Shown: piece after piece, positions 60,476 through 64,000 of the stretch
Layout of the letters: every line of letters starts with the position of its first letter
How positions within the stretch are numbered: the first letter of the stretch is position 1
Origin: Octopus vulgaris
Taxonomy: Eukaryota
DNA: 64,000 bases
Direction of reading: 5' to 3'
NCBI GenBank assembly: GCA_951406725.2
Contig: OX597827.1
Location: 41,478,001 to 41,542,000, forward strand
Position numbers and translations under genes: made by a program
The notes under the pieces: model-generated
Seen by the model: the letters and a program-made list of their open reading frames with translations, nothing else
The model's database searches: none
Told to the model about the DNA's origin: nothing

Positions 60476-60839
60476 CATATTTACGAGTACTTATTTTATA
60501 AAAGTTATTTTACTAAATTCTTTGTTATTTTCTAAATCATTTGAAGCAGCAGGTGTATTTCAAAAGAAATACGGTAAGAAATACGGTAATGGTAAATTCA
60601 ACAGCCATTTACGGGTGTGAATAATGGATGTCGAACGTTAAAACTGAGGAAAAGATAATTACTTTCAAGTGAAAAGTTTTAAGAACAGTGTAACGTTTAT
60701 GAACAGAATATCGAACGGGAAGACATGGAACTACGAAACAATCCTCTTAGTTGTCGGAGAAGGAGAAAATGATGTGGGACCATGATGCTATGCCACCATT
60801 CCTCTAGTGAAGATGGCTATACGTGCTATATACATCCAG

Positions 60840-60934
60840 AGTCGTGGCTGTGTGATAGGAAGGTGTCTTCTACTATAACCTCGGACCGACCGAAGCCTTG
60901 TGAGTAGATTTTGCTGACGGAAACTGAAAGAAGC

Positions 60935-60973
<39 letters not shown>

Positions 60974-60977
60974 AATG

Positions 60978-61029
<52 letters not shown>

Positions 61030-61295
61030 AATATATGTGTGTGTGTGCATCTGTGCGTGTATGTGTGGTGAGTGTGCGTGTGTATGTGTATGTGTTTGTC
61101 CGCCAGCATCACTTGACTACCAGTGTTGGTTTGTTTACGTCTCCTTAACTTAGTGGTTCGGCAAAAGATGATCGATAGAATAAGTACCATGCTTAAACAG
61201 AATAAGTACCAAGGGGCTGATTTCTTCGGCTAAAAACTTTCCCAGGCGGTGCTCCTTCATGGCTGCAGTCTAATGAGAGAAACAAGTAAAAGAGA
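60840..61295 (+). mobile_element. SINE family B, diverged
   Basis: Partial head, expanded internal TA/TG tract, full tail. Confidence 0.82.
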
Positions 61296-61483
61296 GACAG
61301 TGTTGCATTGCTTCAGCACCAACGATTACAGGACTTTGAAACCTTGCACTAGAGTACGGGAGTTGGGAGTGGAGTTGCAGCACTTGGTTTTTCTACTTAA
61401 ATTTTACCCAAAGGAACCTGTCACAGTTATAAGAGGTGAAAAAGACATAGACGTTCCGGTAGTCAAGTCGGAGTGCGATTATA

Positions 61484-61734
61484 TTGGGTTGGTGCATAAT
61501 TATTGCGGCTTTTTCGAACAAATTTTATTCAGCAAAAACAATAACAATATTTAACAAAAAACATCTTTAAATGACGGTCTGACCGTCTGCCAAGCAAACA
61601 GGAAGCAGGAATTGAAGTAGATGGTGAATATGCTCCAGAATAATCATTTAAAGATGTTTATGTTACATACTGTTATTGTTTTTGTTGAATCAAATTTGTT
61701 GAAAAAGAGCCGCAATAATTATGCGCCAACCCAA
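61484..61734. mobile_element. Palindromic mariner-derived MITE
   Basis: TA | TTGGGTTGGTGCATAATTATTGCGGC ... GCCGCAATAATTATGCGCCAACCCAA | TA; inverted arms extend ~90 bp. Confidence 0.92.
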
Positions 61735-62204
61735 TACATCCTACCGCAGATACGACATTCATAGCAATGAGATTTGACAGGTATGCAGAATCTTTCATCA
61801 ATTATTGGACATGACGTGTCATTTCATTAACCTATGCCTAGATTCCACCTAGCTGGAGCAGTTTAATTAGACCCAGCATGCAGTGAAAGAAAGCCGGTCG
61901 ACGTAGGCGTTCTTTCCCCTTTAATAAATCGAGCTGAGTTCAACGACCGATGTTTAATTTTAATACAAATGTAGATATACATATTTATACAAACAACTCA
62001 GATCTCTCTCGCTTCCAGCATATCTCTCCTTCCTCTATCTCTCTCTCTCTCAATCATTCGTCAAGGATACTCTATACTTGTTTAGTCCTGCCTCTGCCCT
62101 TCCTTATTCCCTTCACACAAACACAAACACACACACACACACATACTCTCTCTCTCTCTCTCTCTCTCTTTTCTCTCTTTACCTATTGAAGCGTTCATTA
62201 TACA

Positions 62205-62330
62205 GAAATAGCATGATATTGTGAAGTATGATCCGAGAACATTGCACCTCTAGGACAATATGGCGCAGGATCGAAATGAATGGCTGTATGCCATGGAAGG
62301 AATCCGTCATCACTTGCCAGAAGAGGTAAA
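62205..62330 (+). pseudogene. RTE-like LINE C-terminal relic
   Basis: DIVKYDPRTLHL*DNMAQDRNEW resembles the RTE-type AQDRxxW terminus. Confidence 0.5.
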
Positions 62331-62399
62331 CCGATGACAAAAAATCATAATGCTGTTGTTGCTACTAATGTAAAAAAAATAAAAAAAGAAAAAAGAAAA

Positions 62400-62640
62400 A
62401 AAAAATATATGTATGTATGTATGTATATATGTATGTATATATATATGCACGCGGAATAAAGTATGAATGCAACATTTGTATGTGTGCGTTTATGTGTGTG
62501 TGTATGTGTGCATGTGTGTGTGTATTTGTGCGTGCGTGTGTATATACATATGGGTTCAGGTAATAAACATATAAACCTACCTACCTACTTACCTAGCTAC
62601 CTACCTACCTACCTACCTACCTACCTACCTACCTACCTAC

Positions 62641-62696
<56 letters not shown>

Positions 62697-62741
62697 GTAT
62701 ATGTTTTTATACCAACCCACGCACATACGTCGTGTAAAGAA

Positions 62742-62777
<36 letters not shown>

Positions 62778-63080
62778 TCATACATATCTACTTACCGATA
62801 GAGTCTTATTCTTCCCTTTTGACACACACACACACGAATACACACACACATGTTTATATATATATATATATACATAAATACTTATAAGTATGTATTTATA
62901 TACACACATACTTATATATATACACACGCACATATCCATCAAGATCCTCGACTATAAGATCATTAGAGTACAACCAATTCAATGCCAGAACAATAAAACC
63001 ATTCCTTCGGCATTTCTTCTACTCATATAACAAATATGTGTATTTGTATGCTTTTGCGTGCGCGCAGGAATATGTATACG

Positions 63081-63144
<64 letters not shown>

Positions 63145-63189
63145 CAGAGATGTACAAATGTATGTATATATAAGTATGTATGTATGTGT

Positions 63190-63231
<42 letters not shown>

Positions 63232-63365
63232 ACATACACACATACACGTATATATTTCTGTGCATACATACATATACGTATATGTATGTATGTATATATA
63301 TATATATATATATACATACAAATATAAATATATACACACAGCGCATACTATATATATATATAATG

Positions 63366-63410
<45 letters not shown>

Positions 63411-63574
63411 TGCATGCATATGTATGTGAATATAAATGCACGTTCACACACATATATATATATATATGTATACACACACAGACACACATATACATGTACA
63501 TACATATAGGCATATACATACATATATATGTATATACATACATATATACATATATGCATACACATATACATACA

Positions 63575-63638
<64 letters not shown>

Positions 63639-63690
63639 TGCATTTATCCAAACAATTACACGTACATACACACACGCACATACATCTTAC
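62400..63690. repeat. TA/TATG/CCTA/CA compound microsatellites
   Basis: Directly visible. Confidence 0.93.
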
Positions 63691-64000
63691 GGAAGTTACA
63701 TTACAACGCCACCTTACGGCAAAAACTAATAAATAATGTAAGTATTAGGTTTTAGAGTATCTATCGTATTTTTAATATATATTTTTTTTCATGTTTCTAC
63801 GCCCCCTCTTGCTATTTTTTATATTTAATATCTTTTCAATCGTCGCCTTTGTAGGTTCGCCATTATTTTTGCTATTGCTGTCGTTGTTGTGCGTGTGGCT
63901 ATTGTTATTGTTGTTGTTGTTATTGTTGCTGTTGTTGTTGTAGTCTAGTGCTACGATGTTCTTGATCTTGGTTACTCTAATATTTTGTGAAATGGTAACT

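Overview
Eukaryotic, repeat-saturated non-coding DNA (intergenic or a very large intron). The SINE sequences and extreme microsatellite load resemble octopus/coleoid cephalopod genomes; this is recognition from memory, not verified. There is no intact protein-coding gene, and almost every ORF in the track is a translated microsatellite. The window holds at least five tRNA-headed SINE families (labelled A-E here), LINE relics (Dong/R4-like, Tx1/L1-like, an APE-domain fragment, an RTE tail), mariner relics and MITEs, hAT- and pogo-type MITEs, non-autonomous Helitrons and a MITE-derived tandem array. The most notable system is a set of minimal hammerhead-ribozyme (HHR) motifs of the Penelope/retrozyme type. 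One family (D) fuses a Pol III tRNA head to an HHR tail and shows inverted 5' structures. Other points of interest: a SINE whose 3' tail matches a Tx1-like LINE in the same window, a near-perfect ~330-bp inverted duplication, and two speculative micro-exons. Coordinates were read by eye and repeat boundaries are approximate.
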